The translations under genes were made by a program, and so were the position numbers. DNA of 64,000 nt from Craspedostauros australis (Eukaryota). Location of the stretch: the NCBI GenBank assembly GCA_030167865.1, contig JALAGF010003405.1, positions 1 to 64,000 on the forward strand, in the 5' to 3' direction. Of this stretch, positions 11,514 to 22,387 are shown in pieces; within the stretch, counting starts at the first letter, position 1; each line of letters begins with the position of its first letter. Below the pieces are notes generated by a model that saw nothing but the letters and a program-made list of their open reading frames with translations, made no database searches and was not told where the DNA came from.

Positions 11514-13352
11514 CTAGGTTCCGAAGGAGGCAAAGAAGTCGTCCGAATTCAGAGACTCTTTTGACATCTTCCGAGCTGGAACACCGCCGCCAGCGCTGCT
11601 TCCTCCGAGGCTGAGATTGCCAGACGATGGAGCAGAACGTGGTTGGGAGGAGGTGGAGGAAGTGAGCTGCATCCCCTTGACCGGCTGCGGCGTCGGCATG
11701 CCGAAATTACCGGATGATGGCGCGGGAGTCGGTCTGGACTGTGGCATGCTGGAAGCACCACCACCACCACCACCGCCATACGTCGATCCAGCAGACGAGG
11801 CGGAACCCATGCCACCACCGCCGAACTTGGCCGCCATCCTGGCCTTTGCCTCCTCGCGGAGTCGGGTCTGCCTCATGACGTACTGCTCGTCGGTCTCGCC
11901 CGTGAGGCGTTCCATGCCGTTGCGATCCTCACCTGGCATGCCTGGCGCCTCCTGGAGCTGCGATGCGCCGCTGACAGGGGCGCTGTGCGATCGTTGCTGG
12001 TTCATGCCGCCGCCGCCCATGCCTTGGTTCATCGATGGTTGCTGGAACGAATTGCCGATGTTGGGTTGCGGGTTGCCAGAGCCGAAGCCGCCATACTTGG
12101 ACGTGGTTGGGCGGCTGGTGGCAATCTCGCGTTGCAACGCGGACAGACCATCGTCTTCATCCGGGCTGGTGACGGCGGATGCAACGTTCTGCACGCCCGT
12201 GCTGAGGCTGTTCCAAAAGCTGCCACCGACCTTGGTGACGGTGCTGCCGAGATTGTTGATCTTATTCGCCGTATTCGGATCCTGCACGAAGGAACTAGCG
12301 GTGGTCGCAGCCGTGCCGGCCAAGCTGCCGAGCGAACCGAGGGCGGATCCAAACCCAGAGACCAGGCCATCGACGTCAAGCCCCCCTCTTCCGCCACCGT
12401 ATCCGCCGTTTGGGTTGTAGTTAGGATCGCTTCCGATGCCCTGCATACTGCCTCTGTTGCTACCGACGCCTCCCATGGAACCGCCGTTGCCGAATTTGGA
12501 CGCCATCCTCGCCCTGGCCTCCTCTCTCAACCGGGTCTGCCTTGCAACGTACTGCTGCTCCGATTCGCCAGGTAATCTCTCCATGCCGTTCGGATCTCTC
12601 GAGCCGCCGCCGTTGCTTCCCATGCCTCCCATCGGTTGGTTGAACGAGGCCGGGGCAGACCGTGGTTTCTTCGGTGCGAGCTTGGTTGGCTCTGGCCGTC
12701 CTTCCACCCTGGCCTTGAGCACCTCTTTGTACAGTTGGGCTGCGTCACTTTCGTACTTTTGCTTGATGGGAGTCCTGGCATCGATACCCCTTTGTTTGAG
12801 GTAGGCGTTGCACTTGTCGTTGCCGCCGTTCTTCATGAGCGTCAGCTGCTTGTCGGACCATGAATCCATGGCGATCGATCGGACGAACGAGATGTGCACG
12901 CCCAACGATCTACAAATCGAACGTATTATATGGAGCAAGGTGGATTAGAGTAGAGTTCATAGTATTGGGGGTTATTACGGTGAAAAAGAAAACAAACAGC
13001 GGATGGATGAGTGAATGGTGCATGATGCATAACCATGCGGCAACATGGGCGCATGAATGTAGTGGAATGCTCTTGAGAAGTATGGAGCCGATCGCAAGGG
13101 AAGAGCTCTTGGCAGCAAAAGTAGTCAAGGACTGCTTGCAGCATGCATAAAGTACCATGCGATACTGCAAGCCCGCAACCATACCAGCAAGTCAACTAGC
13201 ACTCACCTGTGTACACCGCTGCATTCAAGGCAAAAGACGTTGCCGAAGCTCACGCTTGCCCATTGCGGATTCTTCATCCCGCAATCGCAGCATTGATTGT
13301 TGCCAGGCAACGCCTTGACGACGGCCTGGTCTTTGGGTGTCATTTGCACCAT
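11514..13352 (-). CDS. ADP-ribosylation factor GTPase-activating protein (ArfGAP1/Gcs1-like); exons 13352-13207 and 12909-11514 (~513 aa)
   Basis: Exon 1 (absent from the ORF track) reads MVQMTPKDQAVVKALPGNNQCCDCGMKNPQWASVSFGNVFCLECSGVHR. It splices to SLGVHISFVRSIAMDSW..MKNGGN, completing the ArfGAP C-x2-C-x16-C-x2-C-x4-R motif. Confidence 0.93.
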
Positions 13353-14661
13353 GATGTCGATGTGTGGTTGCTATCGATTCCGCTTTCGCTGTTGCCACGG
13401 CTGTTTGCTGCGCTTGTTTGCAACCAAATGCCGAGAATGGGAATGCTGGGTGATGAGGATGCCAACGTCAATCAACAGCGCGCATACGCGTAACGCTGCG
13501 CCTTCTTCTCGCTCTTCCAAACACCCGCAGGCACGAGTAGCTCGTGTGCTCTGCTGCGGATCTGGCTCTTCGAGGAGAGGATGGAGAATACTCTGCGTTC
13601 AACTTCTCGAAGTCACAAACACCAGATTCTGCCTTGCCGTTGTCTTTGGTTGGTTCCGTCTCTCTTGCTCTCTTTGTTCTCGTCTGCCAAATTCAGCAGT
13701 GGTGATGGGGGATTGTGGACGAAAACCTCGGGTCTTTGTTCACAGTTGCGTGTTGCTTCGGGGCGAGCAATGCCCCTTGTCGCAGTTGTTGCGCTTGTTG
13801 TGCGTGTTGGCTTTTGCGTTTCCTGAACAAAGAGATGGAAAAATGGAGCGGAGAGACACACTCGCCAAAATGACCTTTGCTGTTTGCCTTTTTTGGGGAG
13901 GTGGACATGGCTTGATTCGATCGACTTCATCATCAGAAACGACGATCATTGAGTCCATTGGGTCATCTCGCAAAACAAATCGAAGAATGGCCAGTCGTCT
14001 CTTGCGAGCTATTCGTCCGAGTTAGGCTTTGCAATCAAGTAGAGTCGGTCGTACTAATAGAGAATTGCATTTTTGTGAGCATGTACCGTATCATTCTCGT
14101 CATCAAATCTCTGTCAGCATCATATAATACCTATTCTAGAATACCAATATAATCGAATGTACTCCGCACACCCTCCAATGCTGCTCATCAGACGCAAACG
14201 CTCTGAAGTAGTGGCAAAGTCGCCATGGTCCGAGCAGTAGTTGGCGATTCGTGACATCTCAAACTCGAACGACGCAAGCTATTCGGATGCCACCGCCGCA
14301 AGATGTGCCATGGTCTCATCCAGCTTTCAGCATTCTCCAATACTAAAATTCCAACAACAACAACAACAACAGAAATTGAGAACGTTCAGGGTCAGGGTGA
14401 ATTCATTTACTTTTGAGAGAGTACGTGCACGGGCACTCCAGATTGCGGTACGTATTATGGCGCGTATGGCGTGTAGTCCCGCCGTTACGTCATGCCGACA
14501 CCCATCCGCTGATCGATGGATACATTCAGTGAAAGTTTGATTGGTACCCATAAGACCGACTCCTATCCATCGGTCAGCGAACCCAACGAAACTCAGCAAA
14601 TCCAAAAGAGTGACAACCTGGTTGCAATGCGGATCATCTGTTCGTACCTCTCGCCGCGATG

Positions 14662-17600
14662 CTAATAGCCGGTGTACGTCTTCCTTGTCTGCCTTCGGAG
14701 ATTCTTCCGCGTGATCTTGCAGATGCAGTGGCTGATCACCAACCTCCCTTGATCGGTCTCATCCGTGGCAGGCAGTCGGACGCCCTCCTTCGCCAGCTGG
14801 CACGCCGGGTTGCAGCACATGAACACTGTTCCGTCCACATCGCCGGACTGCTGCAGCCTGGTGTACTTGTAGATATAGATGTCCCTTTGGTTGCCGGAGA
14901 ACTGGTTCCACTTCACTGTGTCGCAGGCCTTGCCGAGCAGGATGCGGTCCACCTCGTAGAAGGAAGCGTCGTTGCTCTCGCTCAGACCGTGCTTCTTGCG
15001 TGTTTTGTTGGCCTCCGTTCGGGTGGGTCCCAGGCTGATGGGATGCAAGCTGACAAGGATCGTCCCAGGCTTCATCAGCGCAAACAAACCTCCCACGAAG
15101 TCATCCAAAAAGTACTTGTCGCCGCCCTTGGCAGACCTCTCCGCGAACACTCCGTTGAAATTGTTCACGTAGGCCTTCGTGACGCCAGTTGTCAGGAATT
15201 CTCGATGGAATCGATCCTCCAACCGCCCATGGCGCAAGTGCACGGATCCGATCATGCGTTTCCTCCCGTCGTTGATGTTGTCTTCGTGCTGAAGGATCAG
15301 ATTGTCACGGAACACCTCCGCCACCGACTGGCGTCCAAACACAACCTCGATACCCCGTGATTCGCATCCCATTGTTAGCGCGGCCTGCAGGCATGTGTTA
15401 CCGATTCCGTGCCCAATGTCCAAAAACACGTCATCGTTGTTCAAGCACATGATCTTTTGCATCAGTCGCTGTGGAGCAAGTTGATTTTTGGGTGGATGGG
15501 TGGATAGATGAATTCGGGAAATGCAAGCGCAGACACAAATGACATTGACGATAGTACGAGTACAGACAGTGGTATTGAACAAAGAAGGTGGCAAAATCGA
15601 ATGAGATGTGGCAGAGGGCACGCAAGGAGATGCGAATGTATGCTTGGGTGAGCGACACCTTCTTCGGTCATGCAGGAAGCACAAAATCATGATGATCATC
15701 ATCGTCGTCTTCATGCCATGCTTTACAAATGTGATTCTTACCTTCATTGCTCTCGGCAACAGCCTGCCGTACTGCGCCTTCAGCTGCCCGTTCGAATCCT
15801 CCGGTGCAATCTTGCTGTTGGCACCCCTAACGCGTCTTGTGCTCTCGATCTCCTCAGTTCCTTCACCGCAATAGTGTTCGCATGTCTTCCACATGTTCAA
15901 AAACTCCTTGTGCGTGTAGGGCCGTTCCTCGTCATCCGAGTCGTCGTCTTCGTCTTCGTAACAGTATCGCGTGTCGTCGCCCGTTGCGCTATCGTACTGA
16001 TCGTGTCTTTGCTCAGAATCGGAGGATATGTAATCATCCAACGTTTCCGACTGTGCGCCGGTGGCGGGGGTGTCTGGATTCTCCGCGGCGAATGCTAGCT
16101 CGTAAACGGCGGCCTGCTGACTCTCTCCCAAGTTTTCATGAAGGTGGCAGAAACAGCCTTCCGATGCGTTGAACGTGCATTGCTTGCCCTTGCGTGTAAT
16201 GGCCATGCATCGAATTTGCGAATTCGGTCCCACCTTTCTCTGTTTAACCATGATCGACCCCGTCTTGGCACTTTTCTTGCCACCAGTCTTGCCGTTGGTG
16301 CCGCTGTTGCTGGACGCTGCAGTCCCTCTGCTCGTCGTGGACACCTTGCGTGGAGGGTTGCTGCTACGGAGGCTGTTGGCCGGCGGAGCGGCTTTCGATG
16401 TCTTTGACGCCGCTTGCGATGGTCTAGCGGCGTTCTGTCGGGCCAACCGAATGGCAGGGTTCAACAAACCTCTGTGCCGATAGCAGTAGATCCCATTCCG
16501 TGCAGCGTTGGAGCACAGAGTTCCATGCTGTCCAATCGCGAGACATTTGCGTTGACCCAATTTGCCTGCGAACCATCGGTCATCCTCCTCTCTCTTTTCA
16601 TCGTTGGCTTTGCTCTCATCCTTGTCTCCATCTTCATCTCTAGTTTTTCCTTTGCTCTTTCCCTTTGCTCTTGCTTTGCCTTCTTCCCTGGCCGCGACCT
16701 TCGCTTTGCCTCCTCCGCTGGCTCCGAATTTCGCTTTCTTTCCATTCATGACTTTCTTGCCCTTCGTGGTAGCAGTGTTAGTCTTGGTGTTTGAAGTAGC
16801 AGTAGCAGTAGCAGATGCCGAAGTCGGAGAAGACTTCGCGGCAACTTTGCTTTGCTGTCGTGTTTTCGTCTTGTTTGTCGGTGTCACAGCCGGTGCGGGT
16901 GAAGCTGGTGCTTTCCGTTGGCGTTTCCTCGTCTGCACGCTGGGAGCGGCCTTGCGTGTAGCCGCTGACCTCTTGCCCATGTCACGTATCGACGGCTGCT
17001 TTCGTCGGACCATGCGCGCACTCTTGGGCAGTGCCGAGTTGCTTTGGTTTTTTATTCTTTTTGTGGTGTTTCGCGTTGTGCTACTGGCGCGGGTACGTGA
17101 GTTGGCATTGATTGCACGTGATTGCGATTGCGAAGTGGTACTGGAGCGCGCCGTGGGCCTGGTCTTCTCCACGATCCTCTTTCCGCGAGTTGTAGGTGCT
17201 GTGCTCGTTCCGCTGTTGGATGATGTGGGCGAAGGCGTGGACGACACCATAACAACCGTGTTAGTCTCCATAGTTTCTGCATCTTCGCTGAGATGATCGT
17301 CTTCATCGTGATCGACGATGCTCTCGGTTTCGTCTGACTTCATTGAGTCTGTTTCGTTGAGAACGATGTCATTCGCCGTGTTGCCCGTGTCTTCAGTCGC
17401 GTCGTCGTCGTCGTCCTCGATCTCCAAAACAATTGGCTCCTGTGAATCGTTTCGGGTGGTGCTTCTACCAGTGCTTCTCCGATCTGGAGTTGTGGTACCT
17501 CCAGTGACGACGCCATCAGTTTCAATGTGGCGGGACGACCGAGTAACCAGCACCACACAGTCATCATCGCTATCGCTGGAGTCTATCATGGCCTGGTTGA

Positions 17601-17907
17601 CAACAGAGCCCAAAGACTTCATGACGGAACCGACAGGCGCGACCACGGAGTCTATCCATCTACGAAGCGTCGGATCTTGTCCATTTGTTGCCGTTGCCGT
17701 TGCTGTTGGCGTTGATGTTGCTGCTGCTACAGTAGAGGTAGAGGAAGCAGCAACGGCAGCCGATGGTGCCGTTGACACAGCTGCCACTGCTGCTGTGGTT
17801 GGCGGCGTCGGGATCGGCAACGAAGTCGATGGTGCCGAATAAGGTTGCTGTGGTCCGGCGGCTGTGCTCCTTCGTTTCTGCAAGTACCTCCCCAATGTGC
17901 GAGCCAT
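14662..17907 (-). CDS. DOT1: DOT1-like histone H3K79 methyltransferase with long disordered N-terminus and two CCCH-type motifs; exons 17907-15742 and 15468-14662 (~990 aa)
   Basis: YGRLLP..K|RLMQKIMCLNNDDVFLDIGHGIGNTCLQAALTMGCESRGIEV..VNNF..MKPGTILVSL fits the DOT1 catalytic core. In-frame intron 15469-15741 (AAG|gtaaga...cag|CGA). Start at MARTLGRY is inferred. Confidence 0.8.
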   Translation of the reverse strand: MARTLGRYLQKRRSTAAGPQQPYSAPSTSLPIPTPPTTAAVAAVSTAPSAAVAASSTSTVAAATSTPTATATATNGQDPTLRRWIDSVVAPVGSVMKSLGSVVNQAMIDSSDSDDDCVVLVTRSSRHIETDGVVTGGTTTPDRRSTGRSTTRNDSQEPIVLEIEDDDDDATEDTGNTANDIVLNETDSMKSDETESIVDHDEDDHLSEDAETMETNTVVMVSSTPSPTSSNSGTSTAPTTRGKRIVEKTRPTARSSTTSQSQSRAINANSRTRASSTTRNTTKRIKNQSNSALPKSARMVRRKQPSIRDMGKRSAATRKAAPSVQTRKRQRKAPASPAPAVTPTNKTKTRQQSKVAAKSSPTSASATATATSNTKTNTATTKGKKVMNGKKAKFGASGGGKAKVAAREEGKARAKGKSKGKTRDEDGDKDESKANDEKREEDDRWFAGKLGQRKCLAIGQHGTLCSNAARNGIYCYRHRGLLNPAIRLARQNAARPSQAASKTSKAAPPANSLRSSNPPRKVSTTSRGTAASSNSGTNGKTGGKKSAKTGSIMVKQRKVGPNSQIRCMAITRKGKQCTFNASEGCFCHLHENLGESQQAAVYELAFAAENPDTPATGAQSETLDDYISSDSEQRHDQYDSATGDDTRYCYEDEDDDSDDEERPYTHKEFLNMWKTCEHYCGEGTEEIESTRRVRGANSKIAPEDSNGQLKAQYGRLLPRAMKVRITFVKHGMKTTMMIIMILCFLHDRRRCRSPKHTFASPCVPSATSHSILPPSLFNTTVCTRTIVNVICVCACISRIHLSTHPPKNQLAPQRLMQKIMCLNNDDVFLDIGHGIGNTCLQAALTMGCESRGIEVVFGRQSVAEVFRDNLILQHEDNINDGRKRMIGSVHLRHGRLEDRFHREFLTTGVTKAYVNNFNGVFAERSAKGGDKYFLDDFVGGLFALMKPGTILVSLHPISLGPTRTEANKTRKKHGLSESNDASFYEVDRILLGKACDTVKWNQFSGNQRDIYIYKYTRLQQSGDVDGTVFMCCNPACQLAKEGVRLPATDETDQGRLVISHCICKITRKNLRRQTRKTYTGY

Positions 17908-18471
17908 GTTGACAGCAAATCTTCCTGGGCCTGCTGTCTTCTTCAGGTAATGTCTATCGCTTCTTGGTGCCGGTCGCTGCTGTCGTGTGTTGGGGGCATT
18001 CACGCACGCACACACTCACATACGCACTCACACACTCTGACTCTTGCGCTCTCTCTTGTCCTTGCTCTTGTTGTGTTGTCGCACAGAGAGGGTACTCGTC
18101 CTCGTGCTCGTACTCGTGCTCGTATTATTTTTTGGCGCCGTGAGGTGCTTTGGCAGGCGTAGCTCGTCGTTAGTCCAAGAGAGTCTGTTCCCACAATGTC
18201 CTTCTTTGTGGTGGGTGGTGCACGTGCGGTGGCGTGGACTTTGTGTGCACTGTTGGGAGTGACCGTCCCACGACCAACGCTTGGCCTCTGCGCTACTACT
18301 ATGTAATCGAGCTCTTTTGCAGCCGCTCCGCTCTCTCTTGTTTGCAGTGTTTGTTTTGTGCGTGGGTGTTTTGTGCGTTGGATCTCTGTGGTTGCTGAGT
18401 CGTCACAAGAAGCAAGGTTCTTGCTCTCTCTGTTTGGTCGACACGACATAGAGGACGTCGAGGCGAAACCA

Positions 18472-18495
18472 CTCTCTCTCTCTCTCTCTCTCTCT
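18472..18495 (+). repeat. (CT)n microsatellite
   Basis: ctctctctctctctctctctctct read directly. Confidence 0.9.
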
Positions 18496-19561
18496 GTGCA
18501 TTTTTCCATTTCGCCGGTTCTTCCGTCTCAATGATCCACCGAAAAAACAGTCACGAACAGAAAATGCCGACCACGACAAGGGAGCAGATCGTGTTCAGAA
18601 ATAACGACGTGGTTTGTTCTTGTGATCCGCCAAAAATCGCGATCATGCGGATTGGCGAATGGTTCTCACCTCATGGGCAGACAGAGAGCAGGGTGTAGAC
18701 CACAATCGTGCGAGAAATGGTACGTTGGGGATCTACGATCATGCCACTATTGCGCTGCATACGACTACTCGTTGTACGGATGCTTGTGCTATGTCATCGA
18801 TGTTGTCCAAACTAAAATATGTGATCTCGGAAATGTTCCGGTTCTGCGATCGCCTCTCTCCGGGCCACTTTCGCTGTTTCCAAAAGGGTTGGCTACCCTC
18901 CAGTTCGTAGAGTATAGCACAGACAACAAAATAGTCATAGAATAGAATATTACATAATGATATAATAAGACTACACTTACACCATACTTGATCAAACACA
19001 AGAACAACTTTGTGCGGCGTTGTTATATAATGCAATACGCAGAGTACGAGCTATGGCGTTGCATGATGATGGTGTGAGAACCATTGTGCTGTGACCCCCA
19101 TGCTCGTGTGGAGGGTACGAATACTATGAGACCCTTTGTGTGGCGGCAGTAATAGTGCCCGCAAACACATAATCATGGGGGGCCGAACAAATGACGCTGT
19201 TTTGTCGTGATATTTGTCGTGTGAACGAGGTGGGGCAGCGATGGTTGCATTGGCGTTGCAGGTGGGCTTTACTGTAGATCGTACGAGGAGCCAGAGGTTG
19301 TCTGTCTGGATCTGGACGTTTCTCCTCGTAGTCGTACGAGCTGCGTTGGTCGACCTGCCAACCGAGTGTGAAAGGTTCTCGGGAAACCTGCTGCCTGGTT
19401 GAATGCACTGCGCTGCTTTTGTCCCCTCCCTCGTCTTCTTGCTGCCTCTCTGATTTCCAACACAAGTGCGAATTCTTCAACTCGCATGCGAGCCACGACC
19501 GGCGCGGATGGTACTAGCTGCGCTGCTAAGATTCCGTCTGCGAGCTAAGTGAATCTTATGT

Positions 19562-21655
19562 TCACTCCCAGCAATGTCGACGATCAACATCCACAGCACC
19601 GTGGCAGGGGGGAACGGTTGTTCGGTCACCCTCACTTTGGGGTGCCCCAACGTTCTCCTCAGCTTGAGATGCGTTCGAAGTAGTCTCAGCATAGTGAGAG
19701 CTCCTGCTGTAATCACAAATTGCGGCTGCAACCACCGCAAAACCATGGATGTATGTATTGCGCGTGTAACTCGGGAGCTCTGTTGATCGAGCATCTTTGT
19801 TCGAAGTCGATCTATTCCAGTCTTCAGGGCCCATCTGGAAGCCGGTGGCGCCAATCTCTCCATTGGCAAAAAAGCCACCGATGCAGCTCCGTTCGACCGA
19901 TGACGACAGCGACAGCGGTAGCGACGATGATACTGCGTGGTTCTTGGAATTTGTGCCGTCTTCTTCAGTTGCATTTGAATCCAACGTGTGCTTCGCTGGT
20001 AACATGCCGGCAATGCTGTCATGATCCACATTCGCCACGCCAAATAACGAAGTTCCTCTGGCAACTGATGAGATTTGGAGGATGCCCATGATGGAACCAG
20101 CATTCGCCTGACTGTCATGCATCATGCGCTGAACCTTGGCACGCTGGAACATCAGATGCACATCCTCTTTGGCGACGCTCTGGTTTCTGGCATGGAACTG
20201 CACCGAATCGCCGAGCTTGAAGTCGCCAGCAATCAAGAAAGACCCAGAATAGGGACGGTATCCCGTCACCTGCCGGACGAGAACATCCGCATCATCGGTG
20301 ATGTTGGAGTTCGAATGATTATCGCTGGCGCTGCCGCTGCTGGCATTGCTGCCACGAACGCTTTTGCTTCCATCATTATCAGTGGGATCGTCGGCAGTCA
20401 CATCATCGTTGCCCACGTCACCATCTCGCTTCAGTATTCCACAAAGCATGCCAAAGTCACGAATTTCGTTGCGATCTTCATCGGAGGCGCACTCCGCCAT
20501 GACCTTCTCCAGTTGATCCAGGGCCGGCCTGTTGTTCAGTTCCAGAATGGCGTTGCCACGGATGGACGTGATGCTGTATACCCCGCCCAACGCCCGGCTA
20601 CCCTGCTGTGCCAACACCGTTTGGAGGCCGATCGTGCCACCCAGCCGCACACCAATGAGGGAGCCAGGTGTGAGCAGCTGACCACCAACTGCCAGTGTCG
20701 GTCTCGATCTGTTCTGCAAACGCGCAGAAATGCCGCCGGTGACGATGGAGTCTGTTTCATCAAGCACCTGCAAAGTTTGGCTCAGTTTGCTGCAGTACGG
20801 ATCCGAGAAGACCATGAAAGAATCCGGTCGAATCATTGAGTTTTCCACATCTGGCATTGGCGACATTGGCGGTGTTGGTTCTGATTTCGACGTTGACGAT
20901 TGCTCTTCGGACGCGGTGATTCTTGAATGTGATTGCATGTTGAGTCTATCCTTCCAGTCATGCGCATCGCTAGATACCGTGAATGTTTCGATATTGGCCC
21001 CGTTCGGCAGCATCCCCATGAACAGCGACATCGATGGCCTGTTCGAATCGTCGTACTCATGCCCATCCCCGACGACACCTTCCGTGATCATTGCAACCAG
21101 TGTCGTCTTGCAATTGTGATTGCCGTTGCGATTCGACTTGTCGAGCTGTTGCGATGCCGCTTTCACAATCTGCTCAAAATGTTGTGTGTGAGACGGACTC
21201 ACAAAGAGAAAGGCCAAATGTTGACTGGAATCTTGATTCCCTCGCTTCTTCTCTCCCTCGTCGTCGCTTGGTGGTGCTGATTTGTGCTGTTGTAGTACTT
21301 TGTCAAGCGCATGCTGCCAGTCTGCATCCTGCGATGTTGTGGATTGGAACGCCGCCTGTAGCACTGTCTCTCGATGTCGCCAGTATCCAACATGATGGCC
21401 ATGCCATCTGTGACGAATGCTGGTCCTATCGCTGGATTCCTGATCTGAGAAACGATAGCGTTGGCCGTTGATGGATGAGGGTGGCTTGAATGGTGGTCGA
21501 TTGGTCGAGGAGAAAGCCACTGCTGATCGGCATGCATGATGGAAGATGCACAATGCCGTCAAGATCTGAAGGGCAAAGTCGCGTTTCCTCTTCCCGGTTG
21601 GAGCAAGATGGTTCTGCAGCCGCAACGGCGTGCTCATTCCGGAGGATAATCCCAT
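19562..21655 (-). CDS. FIST N + FIST C domain protein, probably plastid-targeted
   Basis: AFLFVSP, EGVVG..HE, FMVFSDPY, TGGISA, QG.RALG..Y.IT..RGN.ILELNNRPALDQL, LVRQVTG, GDSVQFHAR, IGGFFANGEIG and IHGF match the bacterial/algal FIST pattern. Hydrophobic N-terminus ends in AVA-FSS. Start uncertain (ATGs at 21694, 21655, 21637). Confidence 0.85.
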   Translation of the reverse strand: MGLSSGMSTPLRLQNHLAPTGKRKRDFALQILTALCIFHHACRSAVAFSSTNRPPFKPPSSINGQRYRFSDQESSDRTSIRHRWHGHHVGYWRHRETVLQAAFQSTTSQDADWQHALDKVLQQHKSAPPSDDEGEKKRGNQDSSQHLAFLFVSPSHTQHFEQIVKAASQQLDKSNRNGNHNCKTTLVAMITEGVVGDGHEYDDSNRPSMSLFMGMLPNGANIETFTVSSDAHDWKDRLNMQSHSRITASEEQSSTSKSEPTPPMSPMPDVENSMIRPDSFMVFSDPYCSKLSQTLQVLDETDSIVTGGISARLQNRSRPTLAVGGQLLTPGSLIGVRLGGTIGLQTVLAQQGSRALGGVYSITSIRGNAILELNNRPALDQLEKVMAECASDEDRNEIRDFGMLCGILKRDGDVGNDDVTADDPTDNDGSKSVRGSNASSGSASDNHSNSNITDDADVLVRQVTGYRPYSGSFLIAGDFKLGDSVQFHARNQSVAKEDVHLMFQRAKVQRMMHDSQANAGSIMGILQISSVARGTSLFGVANVDHDSIAGMLPAKHTLDSNATEEDGTNSKNHAVSSSLPLSLSSSVERSCIGGFFANGEIGATGFQMGPEDWNRSTSNKDARSTELPSYTRNTYIHGFAVVAAAICDYSRSSHYAETTSNASQAEENVGAPQSEGDRTTVPPCHGAVDVDRRHCWE

Positions 21656-22387
21656 GGCCAGCTTTGGTGTTTGTGCAGCTGCTGTACCATACATGCACAC
21701 AATTGAAAATGAACATGAGCCCAGAAATGAAGACTCGCGCAACTTGGAGAGGTGTGGAGACAGAAGGAAAGAAGGAGAGAAAGATACAGATGGCCAACGT
21801 CCACAATGGAGCGACAGCGCTTCCACCAACTCGCATCCATCGCCCCATCCGCCTGTCAACCTGTCGACGTCACAAGAAGAACCGAAATTGATGGTGTTGG
21901 TTGGCATGTTGTGGTGAGAACACAGAACTTCCGAAGAATCCCAGAAATTTGAGAATTGTTCCGTCTTGACATCTGTTCCATGTCTCGGGCATGTCTCATC
22001 AACTTCAATTCACTTGTTTTCAGTCATGTATCGTGACTGTGACGTACGAATGGCAGACGCAAATGGTATCCTTTTCAGTCAAACACAACCACCCACACAA
22101 CACAACAAACACAAATCGGATGTGGTTGCGGACATCCAAAAGGCGAGACAGAGCAGAGAGAGGGAGAGGGGGAGAGACAGCAACATTACATGTCATACGA
22201 CCTGTTATACCATACAAACCACAACACGTATCATCTGATAATCGATACATGCTATTTCCAGGGATGTGATACAACATAACACTTATAATAGCTCGTAGTT
22301 TGCTTCCTCACTTGTTGCCCGTACACATTGGAAAGGGACCATCACTTCGCCGCCTCACAAAGACATCGAACATTGCCGAGCACAACC

